Source: Nitrospirota bacterium (GTDB taxonomy: Bacteria > Nitrospirota > UBA9217). From it: a DNA stretch of 64,000 nt. Shown piece after piece: positions 28,284-39,009 of this stretch. The DNA lies in NCBI GenBank assembly GCA_963796285.1, contig CAWCKW010000013.1, positions 256,001 to 320,000 on the forward strand, given 5' to 3'. The position numbers were made by a program, and so were the translations under genes. The notes beneath the pieces were generated by a model. The model did no database searches. It was not told where the DNA came from and saw only the letters and a program-made list of their open reading frames with translations. Position 1 is the stretch's first letter, and each line of letters begins with the position of its first letter.

Positions 28284-29213
28284 TCATTTTCCAAACTTTC
28301 TCGTCTTCAACAGCGACGCTACGCCGCCGGGAATGAAGATCAGCACGGCTATAAAGATGACGAACCGGCCGACAGGGGCCCACCCCATGCCGATATAGGT
28401 TGCGGTGAGAGACTCGAAAAGACCCAGGATCAGGCCGCCGATGATGGCCCCCACCGTGGAGCCGAGTCCGCCCAGGATGGTGATGACAAAGGCGATCAGC
28501 GTGAACTGTCCGCCGATATCAGGATAAATATAGTAGATGGGAATGAAGAGGCAGCCCGCCGCTCCCACGAGGGCGGACCCGAGCCCGAAGGTGAGCACCT
28601 GCATCCGCTCCACGTTCACGCCCATCAGCAGGGCGGCATCCTTGTCCTGTGCCGTGGCCCTGATGGATTTTCCCGTGTCCGTCCTGGTCAGGAAGAACCA
28701 GAGCCCTGCCGTGATCAGAAGGGAGAAGACGAACGAGACGCTCCAGGGGAGCGAGAGTGAGAGCTCAATGGGTGAATGTTTCCAGAGATCGGTGAGGTAC
28801 CATGCTTTCGTTCCGTAGGTAACAGGCGTTTGCAGGTAATCGGACTTGAAGATGATCGTTGCCAGGTTTGCCAGCACCATCCCGATAGCGACGGTGAGGA
28901 TCACCTGGTTCTCGGGCAGGATGGAGTCCACCTTGACCACCGGGTTGATCAGGTATTTTTGGAGCGCCATACCGAGCAGAAAAAGGGCCGGCGCTGCGAT
29001 CACGATCGAGAGATAGGGGTCGATATGGAAGTAGGTATAGAGGACGTAGGCGATGTACATGCCCACCATCATGAGTTCGCCATGGGCAAGGTTGATGATC
29101 TTCATGACGCCCATGATGATGGTCATACCGATGCCGATCAGGGCGTAGAGCCCGCCGAGCAGGAGCCCGGATATGAGCGTCTGCAAAAGGACTTCAGTCT
29201 GGACAGAGGACAT
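28284..29213 (-). CDS. livH: Branched-chain amino acid ABC transporter permease
   Basis: INLAHGE, GKSIRATAQD, ILGGLGS. Confidence 0.9.
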   Translation of the reverse strand: MSSVQTEVLLQTLISGLLLGGLYALIGIGMTIIMGVMKIINLAHGELMMVGMYIAYVLYTYFHIDPYLSIVIAAPALFLLGMALQKYLINPVVKVDSILPENQVILTVAIGMVLANLATIIFKSDYLQTPVTYGTKAWYLTDLWKHSPIELSLSLPWSVSFVFSLLITAGLWFFLTRTDTGKSIRATAQDKDAALLMGVNVERMQVLTFGLGSALVGAAGCLFIPIYYIYPDIGGQFTLIAFVITILGGLGSTVGAIIGGLILGLFESLTATYIGMGWAPVGRFVIFIAVLIFIPGGVASLLKTRKFGK

Positions 29214-29222
29214 GGGTACCTC

Positions 29223-29309
29223 AGTGCGGAGTGCGGAGTGCGGAGTGCGGAATAAGACTCAGGCGGATTCTACACGACTTTATTCCGCATTCACTCCGCA
29301 CTCCGAACT
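29223..29309. repeat. Inverted heptamer-array element (AGTGCGG)
   Basis: (AGTGCGG)x4 AAT ... ATTCCGCATTCACTCCGCACTCCGAACT. Confidence 0.85.
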
Positions 29310-29313
29310 CGAT

Positions 29314-30504
29314 TTATCTTCTCTCCCGCCACGACGGGACCGGGAAGATGGGGGCCTTGCTCACCTGTGATTTGGGCCAGACAGTCTCGAATTCACCCTT
29401 CTGCACCTGGATGGCAAAGGTATCGGCGAAGTTCTGGTTCTGATAGCCTTCCTTGTCCTCGAACTTCACCGGGCCGAATGCGGTGGTAAGATTCGTCGCC
29501 TTCAGCGCATCGCGGATGCCGTCCTGGGTCCAGTTTTTTGCCCGGTCGAGAGCGTTGGCAGTGACGTACATCGCAGCATAGGCCGATGCGCCGTGGTAGG
29601 AGGGGTAGTCGCCGTATTTGGCCTTATATTTATCCGCGAACGCTTTCGCGCCCGGATACTTGACCTGGGGAGTCCAGAGCGTGGCGCTGACGACGTATTC
29701 GGCTGCATCCTTCGCCCCGTTGATGAACTCGGGAATGGCGAACCCGGCCGCCCCGCCGGCGTACAGCTTGGCATCGATGCGCAGTTCCTTGGCTTGCTTC
29801 ATGATGAGCTGCGCCTCGTTGGCATAAGCGACCGTGTAGATCACGTCGGGTTGCGCCGCCTTCACCTTCGACAGGAGCGGCTTGAAGTCGATGGCGCCGG
29901 TCTCGAACTTCTCCTTCAGCACGACCTTCGCGCCGAAAGCGGTAGCGTCCTTCTCCATGGCATCGGCGCCCGAGGTCCCGAACGCCGAGCTTTCATAAAG
30001 AATGGCCATGGTCTTGGGTTTAACCACCTCCTTCAGGAAGGCGACTAAAGCATCGGCGTAGTGCGCATTCACCTGGTTCTGGCGGAACACATACTTATAA
30101 TTCTTCTGCGTGATGTCGTCATCGGCGCTTGCCACGACGAGATAGGGGGTCTTGCGCTCCTCTGCCACGGCGGCGACGGCCTTTGCGCACGCAGAAGTGT
30201 ATTCACCGACAATAATGGGCTGTTTCTTCGAGTCAATGAGCTTCTCGACGATGGCACGTGCGATCTCCGGCTTGCCGTTGGAGTCCTCGAAGGTCAGGGT
30301 GATCATTTTGCCCTTCACACCGCCCTTGGCATTGATCTCCTCGGCGGCCATTTCATACGAACGCTTCATGATCTCGCCGAACTTGGCCGGCTTGCCGGTC
30401 AGGGGAAGCGGGATGGTGAGATCAAAAGTGCCCGCGGCAAAGAGTGTGGTTGCGGACAGTGCGAATACGAACAAGAGAACCATTGCCAGTGATGCTTTTC
30501 TCAT
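29314..30504 (-). CDS. ABC transporter substrate-binding protein (LivJ/LivK family)
   Basis: Signal peptide; PLTG, EINAKGGVKG; first gene of the liv operon. Confidence 0.9.
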   Translation of the reverse strand: MRKASLAMVLLFVFALSATTLFAAGTFDLTIPLPLTGKPAKFGEIMKRSYEMAAEEINAKGGVKGKMITLTFEDSNGKPEIARAIVEKLIDSKKQPIIVGEYTSACAKAVAAVAEERKTPYLVVASADDDITQKNYKYVFRQNQVNAHYADALVAFLKEVVKPKTMAILYESSAFGTSGADAMEKDATAFGAKVVLKEKFETGAIDFKPLLSKVKAAQPDVIYTVAYANEAQLIMKQAKELRIDAKLYAGGAAGFAIPEFINGAKDAAEYVVSATLWTPQVKYPGAKAFADKYKAKYGDYPSYHGASAYAAMYVTANALDRAKNWTQDGIRDALKATNLTTAFGPVKFEDKEGYQNQNFADTFAIQVQKGEFETVWPKSQVSKAPIFPVPSWRERR

Positions 30505-30573
30505 AGATTCCTCCTTATATATTGAGAATGAGACATGCGCCGCAGTGACGAGACTATAGAAAATATAGCATAT

Positions 30574-31315
30574 TTACGTTCCCTTGGACTTGATGAACTC
30601 ACGGTTCAATTTCGCGATGAACTGCACTTTGATCCCCTTGGGGCAGACGGCCTGACATTCGTAGTGGTTGCCGCAGTTGCCGAAGCCCTGGTTCAGCATT
30701 TCGTCTGTCATGACGCAGACGCGGCGGGCGGCCTCGACCTTTCCCTGCGGCAGCTTGGCGAGGTGGGTCACCTTTGCCGCGGTGAAGAGCATGGCGGAGC
30801 CGTTGGGGCAGGCCGCGACGCAGGCGCCGCATCCAATGCACTCGGCGGCATCCATGGCCATGTCCGCGTCATGTTTGGGAATCAGGATCGCATTTCCGTC
30901 AGGCGCGCCGCCGGTGTGGACCGAAATGTAGCCGCCTGCCTGGATGATCCTGTCAAAGGCGCCCCGGTCCACGATCAGGTCCTTGATTACCGGGAAGGCT
31001 TTCGCTCGGAATGGTTCGATGTAGATCGTGTCTCCGTCCTTGAAGTGCCGCATATGGAGCTGGCAGACGGTGGTTTGTTTCCGCGGTCCATGCGGGACCC
31101 CGTTCACGACCTGGCCGCACGTCCCGCAGATCCCTTCCCGGCAGTCGCTGTCAAAAGCGATGGGATCCTCACCCCGTTTGATCAGGCCTTCGTTCACAAC
31201 ATCGAGCATCTCAAGGAAGGACATGTCGTTGCTGATGCCGTTCGCCTCGTACCGGACGAGCTTTCCCTTTGCTGCTTGTCCCCTTCTGACGCCAGACGTA
31301 TAGTGTTAGATTCAT
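30574..31315 (-). CDS. sdhB: Succinate dehydrogenase/fumarate reductase Fe-S subunit (frameshift near 31263)
   Basis: [10 protein letters not shown] start; [28 protein letters not shown]. Confidence 0.92.
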
Positions 31316-31337
31316 ATCATCCTCAAAAAAAAGGCTC

Positions 31338-31527
31338 ACCACGGAGACGCGGAGAACAACTAAGAAATAAAAAAGCTGAAACAAATGCGTCTCGCGCAAA
31401 GTCGCAAAGACGCAAAGGAAAGCTTAAAGCCTTATCTAAAACTCATGATTTGGCCTTTCTTTGCGGCTTGGCGTCTTTGCGCGAAAATATTCTTGTCCGT
31501 CCTCAGTGACTCCGTGTATTTCGTGGT
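31338..31527. repeat. Nested inverted-array elements: outer CACGGAG type, inner CGCAAAG type (31392-31484)
   Basis: ACCACGGAGACGCGGAG [TCGCGCAAAGTCGCAAAGACGCAAAG...CTTTGCGGCTTGGCGTCTTTGCGCGA] CTCAGTGACTCCGTGTATTTCGTGGT. Confidence 0.85.
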
Positions 31528-31535
31528 AAATTTTC

Positions 31536-33449
31536 CTATTTGTAATTTCTCGTTGTCAGCTTTACTGTCTCGAACACCAGCGGCTCTTTATGCAGCTCCG
31601 GCTCTTTGCCAGCACCCCGGTACTCCCAGGCTGAGACATGACTGAAGTTCCGGTCATCGCGCAGTGCCTCGCCGTCATCCGTCTGGTGCTCCACGCGGAA
31701 GTGGGCGCCGCAGGATTCATTTCTTTGCAGGGCATCTCTGGCCAGGAGCTCGGCGAACTCGAGGAAATCGGCAACTCGCCCCGCCTTTTCAAGCTCCTGG
31801 TTCAGTTCCCTGCCGCTGCCGGTTATTTTCACGTTCTCCCAGAACTCGGTACGCAGAAGCGGGATCTTCTTGAGAACCTCTTTGAGACTCACTTCGCTCC
31901 TCGTCATGCCTGCGTGTTCCCACATGATCCTGCCGAGCTCGCGATGGAATTCGGTGACGGTCTTCTTTCCCTGGATAGAGAGAAGCGTTTTCGTAGATGC
32001 CTCAACCTCATCGCGCGACCGGGAGAATTCAGGATGATCGGATTTGATCGTATTGGGGGCTGTCCGGGCGAGATAGTTCGCGATGGTGTACGGAAGGATG
32101 AAGTAACCGTCCGCAAGCCCCTGCATGAGCCCGCTTGCGCCGAGGCGGTTCGCGCCGTGGTCCGAATAGTTCGCCTCGCCGAGCACGAAGAGGCCGGGAA
32201 GATTGCTCTCGAGGTTGTAGTCAACCCAGAGCCCGCCCATGGCGTAGTGCGGCGCGGGATACATGCGCATGGGTTGTTCATAGGCGTTCTCCGCGGTAAT
32301 GCGCTCGTACATCTCGAAGAGGTTGCCGTAGCGCTCGCGGACCGTGTCCTCGCCAAGGCGCTTGATGGCATCGGCGAAATCGAGATACACGCCGCGGCCG
32401 CCCGGACCGACTCCCCGTCCCTCGTCGCAGATCTCCTTGGCAGCGCGTGAAGAAATGTCGCGCGGCGCAAGGTTGCCATAGGAGGGATATTTTCGTTCGA
32501 GATAGTAGTCCCGTTCCTGTTCAGGGACATCGTTCGGTTGGCGCGTGTCGCCCTTTTTCTTCGGCACCCAGACCCTGCCGTCATTCCTGAGCGATTCCGA
32601 CATGAGCGTCAGCTTGGCCTGGTGGTCGCCGGTGACCGGGATGCAGGTCGGATGGATCTGGGTAAAGCACGGGTTGGCGAAGAAGGCGCCCTTTTTGTAG
32701 GCACGGTACGCGGCGGTCACGTTCGAGCCGATGGCGTTCGTTGAGAGGAAAAAGACGTTCGTGTATCCACCCGTTGCAAGGCAGACCGCGTCGGCAGCAA
32801 GGGACACGACCCTGCCGGTCACGAGGTCGCGCACCGTAATGCCCCTCGTTGCTCCGTCAACGACCACCAGGTCGAGCATCTCCGTGCGGGGGTGCAGGGT
32901 GACGGCGCCTGCCTTCACCTGGCGCATGAGCGCGCCATAGGCGCCGAGCAAAAGCTGCTGCCCGGTCTGGCCCCGCGCGTAGAACGTGCGCGATACCTGA
33001 GCCCCGCCGAAGGAGCGGTTCGCGAGATAACCCGCATAATCCCGCGCAAAGGGCACGCCCTGGGCAACGGCCTGGTCGATGATGTTGACGGAGAGCTGCG
33101 CGAGCCGGTAGACATTCGCCTCGCGGGAACGGAAGTCGCCGCCCTTGATCGTATCGATAAAGAGCCGCTCGATGCTGTCGCCGTCGTTCGGGTAGTTCTT
33201 GGCGGCATTAATGCCGCCCTGGGCGGAGATGCTGTGGCCGCGGCGCGGAGAGTCCTGGAAGCAGAAGACGTCTACGTGATAGCCCAGTTCGCCGAGCGAA
33301 GCGGCAGCCGACGCGCCGGCCAGACCGGTTCCGACCACGATGATGCGATACTTCCGCTTGTTCGCCGGGCTCACAAGCTTCAACTCAGCCAGACGCCTGT
33401 CCCACTTCTCATGCAGCGGACCGGATGGTATGTTGCCGTCGAGGATCAT
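31536..33449 (-). CDS. sdhA: Succinate dehydrogenase/fumarate reductase flavoprotein
   Basis: [43 protein letters not shown]. Confidence 0.95.
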   Translation of the reverse strand: MILDGNIPSGPLHEKWDRRLAELKLVSPANKRKYRIIVVGTGLAGASAAASLGELGYHVDVFCFQDSPRRGHSISAQGGINAAKNYPNDGDSIERLFIDTIKGGDFRSREANVYRLAQLSVNIIDQAVAQGVPFARDYAGYLANRSFGGAQVSRTFYARGQTGQQLLLGAYGALMRQVKAGAVTLHPRTEMLDLVVVDGATRGITVRDLVTGRVVSLAADAVCLATGGYTNVFFLSTNAIGSNVTAAYRAYKKGAFFANPCFTQIHPTCIPVTGDHQAKLTLMSESLRNDGRVWVPKKKGDTRQPNDVPEQERDYYLERKYPSYGNLAPRDISSRAAKEICDEGRGVGPGGRGVYLDFADAIKRLGEDTVRERYGNLFEMYERITAENAYEQPMRMYPAPHYAMGGLWVDYNLESNLPGLFVLGEANYSDHGANRLGASGLMQGLADGYFILPYTIANYLARTAPNTIKSDHPEFSRSRDEVEASTKTLLSIQGKKTVTEFHRELGRIMWEHAGMTRSEVSLKEVLKKIPLLRTEFWENVKITGSGRELNQELEKAGRVADFLEFAELLARDALQRNESCGAHFRVEHQTDDGEALRDDRNFSHVSAWEYRGAGKEPELHKEPLVFETVKLTTRNYK

Positions 33450-33475
33450 GATGATATAACCTCAATAAAATCGGT

Positions 33476-33842
33476 TCTCGCAGAGGCGCAGAGCGCGCAG
33501 AGAAAATCGTAACAACAGCAGAAAAATTACCGCTTAATAAGTTGCATCTGGTACGACCGCACCAAATGCAAAACCTTTTCGCGCAAAGCCGTAGCCTGCT
33601 GTTGCCAAAACGCGGCCATAAACAAAGTCGCGAAGAACGTCAACAAAAGGGGAAAGCGATAAGTTCATAAGAAAACAATCAAGCCTGAGTCAGCCTGAAT
33701 ACGAGACCTGCTTTCCTTTGCGACTTTGCGGCTCTGCGCGAGACGCCTTGGTTCTTGACGTGAATAGTTGCAATAAGTTTTGAATTCAACATTAATAAGT
33801 AAGTTGCTGCTTTACCTCTGCGAGCCCTGCGCCTCTGCGAGA
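33476..33842. repeat. Three-level nested element: outer CGCAGAG arrays, inner CGCAAAG arrays (33579-33741), 31-bp insert
   Basis: TCTCGCAGAGGCGCAGAGCGCGCAGAG ... CTCTGCGAGCCCTGCGCCTCTGCGAGA. Confidence 0.85.
33592..33622 (+). mobile_element. 31-bp mini-insertion, copy 1
   Basis: TAGCCTGCTGTTGCCAAAACGCGGCCATAAA; exact reverse complement at 46846-46876. Confidence 0.7.
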
Positions 33843-33859
33843 AAACTGGTTTCTGTTTT

Positions 33860-34528
33860 TTATTTCAAAAGACCCGCCACAATCACCACGGGGATAGCAG
33901 CATACCCGAGAAAGAGAATTACTGCCGTTATTGTCCCCGCCTTGACAAACACCGGCAGCGTCCTGTCATTATTCAATCCCCAGGTCTGGAACGAGCTCTG
34001 GATCCCGTGGGAGAGGTGCAGCAGCAGACCAGCCACTGATGTAACATAGAGGGAAGCAATTCCCATATCCTGGAAACTTCGAACGACCATCATCAACACA
34101 TCGGGCCGGCCAAGGGCATCCGGATTATTTATCGCGGAGACCGCGGGATCGATGACCTGAATGGTAAAGTGCAGGAGGTGATAGACAAGGAACGCACCGA
34201 TCAGGGTGCCGGTCCAGATCATGTTCCTGCCGGCGAATGTGGTGCTGAGATGGTTCGTAACGGCATAGGACTGCGGCTTTGCCTTCTTATTCTCAAGCGT
34301 GACCACGATCCCGAAATAGATATGGAGGCAGAGCATCGCGACCATGAACAGGCGGATCATCCAGAGCAGGACCGGCAGTGCGTGCAAAGCAGCTGCATAG
34401 GCATTGAGGTTGTTGAAGTAAATTGTGGTATTGCCGAGCAAGTGGATAATAACGAACAGGATCATCATCTGGCCGGTGACGGCCATCAGGATCTTTCTGC
34501 CGACTGTGGATGAGGGTAAGAGAAACAT
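33860..34528 (-). CDS. sdhC: Succinate dehydrogenase/fumarate reductase cytochrome b subunit
   Basis: STVGRKILMAVTG, HLLGN, HLSHGIQSSFQTWG; five TM helices. Confidence 0.92.
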   Translation of the reverse strand: MFLLPSSTVGRKILMAVTGQMMILFVIIHLLGNTTIYFNNLNAYAAALHALPVLLWMIRLFMVAMLCLHIYFGIVVTLENKKAKPQSYAVTNHLSTTFAGRNMIWTGTLIGAFLVYHLLHFTIQVIDPAVSAINNPDALGRPDVLMMVVRSFQDMGIASLYVTSVAGLLLHLSHGIQSSFQTWGLNNDRTLPVFVKAGTITAVILFLGYAAIPVVIVAGLLK

Positions 34529-34550
34529 GCTTGATCCTGTTCTTTCATCG

Positions 34551-34622
34551 CCTCCCCCTCAATGGGGAAGGTTGAGTGGGAGTGAACGTCAGGGATCACC
34601 CACCCTCCCCCCACGGGAGGGG
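34551..34622. repeat. Degenerate REP-like CCCTC-rich element
   Basis: CCTCCCCCTCAATGGGGAAGG ... CCCTCCCCCCACGGGAGGGG. Confidence 0.5.
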
Positions 34623-34631
34623 ATAATAATA

Positions 34632-36029
34632 TTATGTCTTGTCCCCGATTCCGCCCTCGGTCATCTTCTGCGGATCAAGCAGAGCATCCAGTTCTTCTTT
34701 CGACAGGTCCGTCATCTCAGCGGCAACGTCTTTGACCTGGCGGCCTTCAGCGTATGCCTTCTTCGCGATCTGCGCGGCCTTGTCATAGCCGATGATCGGA
34801 TTCAACGCTGTAACGAGGATGGGGTTCCTGTCAAGCAGCCCTGAGATGCGTTCCGGATTTATTGTAAAGCCTGCGATCGCCTTGTCCGCCAGGAGACGAG
34901 ATGCGTTCCCGAGAAGGGTGATGGACTGGAGCAGGTTGTGCGCGATAACGGGCAGCATGACATTCAACTCAAAGTTGCCCTGCTGATTCGCGATCGTGAT
35001 GGCGGCATCATTTCCTATGACTTGGGCGCAGACCATCATCATCATTTCGCACATCACGGGATTCACTTTCCCGGGCATGATGCTCGAACCCGGCTGGAGC
35101 GCGGGCAGGGATATCTCGCCGAGCCCTGCGATCGGGCCGCTGTTCATCCAGCGGAGGTCGTTCGCCATCTTCATGAAGGACGAGGCCGTCGCCTTCAACT
35201 GTCCGCTCAGTTCCACGGCCGTGTCCATGGTTGCCTGGGCAGCGAAGTGGTTGCCTGTTTCCACAAAGGGCAGTTTGGTCCGGCCGGCAAGCCTGTTGGC
35301 AACGATCGTGCCGTAATCCTTCGGCGCATTGATGCCCGTGCCCACAGCGGTGCCGCCGATCGCGAGCCTTGCAAGACGGGGCAGCGTGGATTCGATGCGC
35401 TCGCTGCTTTGCTCGACCTGGAAGGCCCAGCCGCTGATCTCCTGGCTAAGACGGATAGGCATGGCATCCATCAGATGCGTGCGGCCGGTCTTGACGATTT
35501 CATGATACTCGGACTCACGTTGCTTGAGCGTTGTGTGAAGGTGTCTAAGTGCCGGGAGCAGGCGCTCATGGACTTCGAGGTAGGCGCTCACATGTATCGC
35601 AGTGGGGATGATGTCATTCGATGACTGGCCCATGTTCACGTCGTTGTTCGGGTGGACCGGCTTTGCCGAAGGCCCGAGGAGCTGCATGGCGCGGACCGCT
35701 ACCACCTCATTGGCGTTCATGTTCGTTGATGTTGCCGAACCGGTCTGGAAGATATCGAGCGGGAATTGGGCATCCCAGGCGCCATCGGCAACCTCGAGCG
35801 CGGCGAGATGGATCGCGTGCGCGATGTTCGCATCGAGCAGCCCCAGCCCGGCGTTCACTTCAGCGGTAACCGCCTTGATGAGCCCAAGGGAGCGGATGAA
35901 GACGCGGGGGAACCGGATGTTGCTCACGGGAAAGTTCTCCACCGCGCGCTGGGTCTGCGCCCCGTAGAGCGCATCCGCGGGGACTTTTACTTCGCCAAGA
36001 GAGTCTTTTTCAATGCGGTAGTCGGTCAT
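34632..36029 (-). CDS. fumC: Class II fumarate hydratase
   Basis: YGAQTQRA, TNMNANEV, KTGRTHLMDA, GSSIMPGKVNP. Confidence 0.96.
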   Translation of the reverse strand: MTDYRIEKDSLGEVKVPADALYGAQTQRAVENFPVSNIRFPRVFIRSLGLIKAVTAEVNAGLGLLDANIAHAIHLAALEVADGAWDAQFPLDIFQTGSATSTNMNANEVVAVRAMQLLGPSAKPVHPNNDVNMGQSSNDIIPTAIHVSAYLEVHERLLPALRHLHTTLKQRESEYHEIVKTGRTHLMDAMPIRLSQEISGWAFQVEQSSERIESTLPRLARLAIGGTAVGTGINAPKDYGTIVANRLAGRTKLPFVETGNHFAAQATMDTAVELSGQLKATASSFMKMANDLRWMNSGPIAGLGEISLPALQPGSSIMPGKVNPVMCEMMMMVCAQVIGNDAAITIANQQGNFELNVMLPVIAHNLLQSITLLGNASRLLADKAIAGFTINPERISGLLDRNPILVTALNPIIGYDKAAQIAKKAYAEGRQVKDVAAEMTDLSKEELDALLDPQKMTEGGIGDKT

Positions 36030-36215
36030 AAGATCAGTCGAGAGTCAGAATCAGTCGATAGCCGACTGATTGTGCAATTATACCTATTCTTTCCGGTTTT
36101 TGCACGATGATTTTCTCGTAAGCGAAAGGCCAACCCGGAATTGCCGCCTGTTATCCAGTTTCCGCATTTGACCATCGGGAGAATAGCTTCTATAATAGAG
36201 AACAGGGAGATCAGT

Positions 36216-37631
36216 ATGACGCGCTCTGGATTCAGTCCCAGTCCCAGCTACAGCATTACAATACGGGTGGAGATCGAGAACCGGATCGGTATGTTCGCCA
36301 GGATCGCCACGGCCATTAGCGGCGCCGGAGGCGATATGGGCGCCGTTGACATCGTGGGCGTTGAAAAGAGCAAGATCATCCGGGACATCACCGTGAACGC
36401 CCGGGACGAGGAGCACGAGCAGGCCATCGTGAATGCAATCTCGACCGTACCCGGCGTGAAGGTCCTCAGGTCCACGGACCGCACGTTCACGGCCCATGAA
36501 GGCGGAAAGATCGAGATTAAAAACAAGCTCCCGGTGCGGGACCGGAACGACCTGTCCAAGGTCTATACGCCGGGCGTTGCGCGGGTCTGCATGGACATCC
36601 ATCAGAACAAAGAACATATGTACCGCTATACGATGAAGGGCAATTCCGTGGCCGTGGTGAGCGACGGGACCGCGGTGCTCGGTCTAGGCAACATCGGGCC
36701 CGAGGCCGCGCTGCCGGTCATGGAAGGCAAGGCCATGATCTTCAAGGAGTTCGCGAACGTCAATGCCTACCCCATCGTGCTGGCGACCAGGGATGTGGAT
36801 GAGATCGTCGCCACGGTCAGGAACATCGCGCCGGCCTTTGGCGGCATCAACCTCGAGGATATCTCAGCGCCCCGCTGTTTCGAGGTCGAGGCCCGGCTCC
36901 GGAAGCTGCTCGACATCCCGGTGTTCCATGACGACCAGCACGGCACTGCCGTGGTCGTGCTCGCCGCGCTCATCAATGTTTCACGGCTGCTCAAGCGCGA
37001 CCTGAAAAAGTTCAAGGTCGTGGTTGTTGGCTCGGGTGCGGCCGGTTCAGCAACGACGAAGATCCTCCTGACCTGGGGGATCAGGGACATCATTGTATGC
37101 GACAAGATCGGCGCACTCTATGCCGGCAGAAAGCAGGGTATGGACCCCTATAAAAGCCTGTTGGCAAAATCCACGAACCCGCGGAAAGTGAAGGGCCGCA
37201 TTTCGGACGCCATGAAGGGGGCGCACGTGTTCATCGGCCTTTCTGCCCCGAATGTGATCACTGCCGCCGACATCAGGAGGATGGCCAAAGACCCCATCGT
37301 CTTTGCCCTCGCCAATCCCGATCCCGAGATTGCGCCCGAGGAGGCCATGCCTCTGGTGCGCGTCATGGCCACAGGACGGTCCGACTACCCGAACCAGATC
37401 AACAATATGCTTTGTTTCCCCGGCATGTTCCGGGGACTGCTGGACGTACAGGCACGCGGGGTAAATGAGGCAGTAAAACTCGCCGCTGCCCGCGCAATAG
37501 CCAAGACGGTCAAGACCAGCGAACTGCAGGAAGATTACATCATCCCGAGCCTCTTCGACCGCACCGTGGTTGCGTCCGTAGCAGCGGCCGTTGGAGAGAC
37601 GGCAAGGAAAACGGGGTTGGCGAGGAAATAA
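36216..37631 (+). CDS. NAD(P)-dependent malic enzyme with an N-terminal ACT domain
   Basis: [41 protein letters not shown]. Confidence 0.93.
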   Translation: MTRSGFSPSPSYSITIRVEIENRIGMFARIATAISGAGGDMGAVDIVGVEKSKIIRDITVNARDEEHEQAIVNAISTVPGVKVLRSTDRTFTAHEGGKIEIKNKLPVRDRNDLSKVYTPGVARVCMDIHQNKEHMYRYTMKGNSVAVVSDGTAVLGLGNIGPEAALPVMEGKAMIFKEFANVNAYPIVLATRDVDEIVATVRNIAPAFGGINLEDISAPRCFEVEARLRKLLDIPVFHDDQHGTAVVVLAALINVSRLLKRDLKKFKVVVVGSGAAGSATTKILLTWGIRDIIVCDKIGALYAGRKQGMDPYKSLLAKSTNPRKVKGRISDAMKGAHVFIGLSAPNVITAADIRRMAKDPIVFALANPDPEIAPEEAMPLVRVMATGRSDYPNQINNMLCFPGMFRGLLDVQARGVNEAVKLAAARAIAKTVKTSELQEDYIIPSLFDRTVVASVAAAVGETARKTGLARK

Positions 37632-37632
37632 A

Positions 37633-37726
37633 TTCAGGGTTCTGGGTCCAGTATCTCAGACCCCGGTATCGCGCAACTAACGTTTTGTTTGACTCGTACC
37701 CTGACCCCCGAACCCTCACCCCTGAA
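37633..37726. repeat. Inverted heptamer-array element (TCAGGGT/ACCCCTG)
   Basis: TTCAGGGTTCTGGG ... CCCTGACCCCCGAACCCTCACCCCTGAA. Confidence 0.6.
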
Positions 37727-37737
37727 TAGAGGAGCCC

Positions 37738-39009
37738 ATGGACACAAACCACGACCGTCTCCACCGTGACGAAAAAGACCTCCGCAGTCTTGCCATGACC
37801 GAACTGCAGACGATCTACGCCGGCCTCGGTCTCACCCAGGAGGAGCTCGATCTCCTGTCCGTGCCGCGGCGGTCCTTTACGGTGAGCTTTCCCGTGAAGA
37901 TGTCGACGGGCCGGACGCAGATGTTCACGGGTTACCGCGTACAGTACAATGACGCGCGCGGCCCCGCCAAAGGCGGCATTCGCTTTCATCCCGGGATGGA
38001 CGAAGAGCATGCAAGCGAACTGGCCCTTCTCATGGCACTCAAGTGCGCGGTGGTGAACATTCCCTTCGGCGGCGCCAAGGGCGGCGTTGCGCTCAATCCG
38101 AGAGAATTTTCGAGGCATGATCTCGAACTGGTGACGCGCGGGTACATCCGGGCCATCGCGGACCACATCGGCCCGTTCAAGGATATCCCCGCGCCAGACG
38201 TGTACACCGATGAACAGATAATGGCGTGGGTCCTCGACGAGTATGAACAGATCAAGCGTGAGCACTGTCCCGCCGTGGTCACGGGAAAACCCCCCGCGCT
38301 GGGCGGTATCAGGGCGCGCAGATACTCGACCGCGCTGGGCGGCGTCCACGTACTTGAGGCGGCCATGAAGGAACAGGGAATGAAAGTGCAAGGGAGCCAT
38401 GTTGCGGTCCAGGGGTTCGGCAATGTGGGCGGGAATGTCGCGCGCATTCTTCATCACTGGGGCTACACGGTCGTGGCCGTGAGCGACGTGAACGGCGCCA
38501 TCATGGACCCGGCGGGGCTCGATATCTCCGCGCTCAGACATCACCGGACCAGGACCGGCAGCGTCGTCGGGTTCGAAAACGCCAAAGCCATTACCAACGC
38601 AGAGCTCCTTGCCATCGACTGCGACATCCTGATACCCGCGGCCCTCTCGAACCAGCTCGACGGGAACAATGCCAATGATGTGAAGGCAAAGATCGTCGTC
38701 GAGCTCGCGAACGCGCCGCTCACCGCGCAGGCTGATGATAGCCTTTTCAACAGGGGCATTATGGTCATCCCCGATATCCTTGCCAACGCGGGCGGCGTGG
38801 TGGTGAGCTATTTCGAATGGAGCCAGAATTTAAGCAACGATGCCTGGCCTGAGGAAAAGGTACTTGAACGCCTGAAGCAGGTCATGACCAGTGCGTTCAA
38901 TGACGTCAACGACCACTGCCGCGAAGCACAGTGCCGCATGCGAAAGGCCGCCTACGAACTGGCCGTGAAGAGGATCCTGAAAGCGGAGAAACTGCGGGGC
39001 AATTTGTAA
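37738..39009 (+). CDS. gdhA: Glutamate dehydrogenase (Glu/Leu/Phe/Val family)
   Basis: GPAKGGIRF, PFGGAKGG, GFGNVG, NAGGVVVSYFEW. Confidence 0.92.
   Translation: MDTNHDRLHRDEKDLRSLAMTELQTIYAGLGLTQEELDLLSVPRRSFTVSFPVKMSTGRTQMFTGYRVQYNDARGPAKGGIRFHPGMDEEHASELALLMALKCAVVNIPFGGAKGGVALNPREFSRHDLELVTRGYIRAIADHIGPFKDIPAPDVYTDEQIMAWVLDEYEQIKREHCPAVVTGKPPALGGIRARRYSTALGGVHVLEAAMKEQGMKVQGSHVAVQGFGNVGGNVARILHHWGYTVVAVSDVNGAIMDPAGLDISALRHHRTRTGSVVGFENAKAITNAELLAIDCDILIPAALSNQLDGNNANDVKAKIVVELANAPLTAQADDSLFNRGIMVIPDILANAGGVVVSYFEWSQNLSNDAWPEEKVLERLKQVMTSAFNDVNDHCREAQCRMRKAAYELAVKRILKAEKLRGNL

Noticed and set aside
29223-29253. Tandem repeats as a possible CRISPR array
   Set aside because: Units are 7 nt with no spacers, and there are no cas genes.
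31255-31270. Programmed ribosomal frameshift in sdhB
   Set aside because: I know of no precedent for this gene, and similar single-base shifts in rimM and others point to sequence error.
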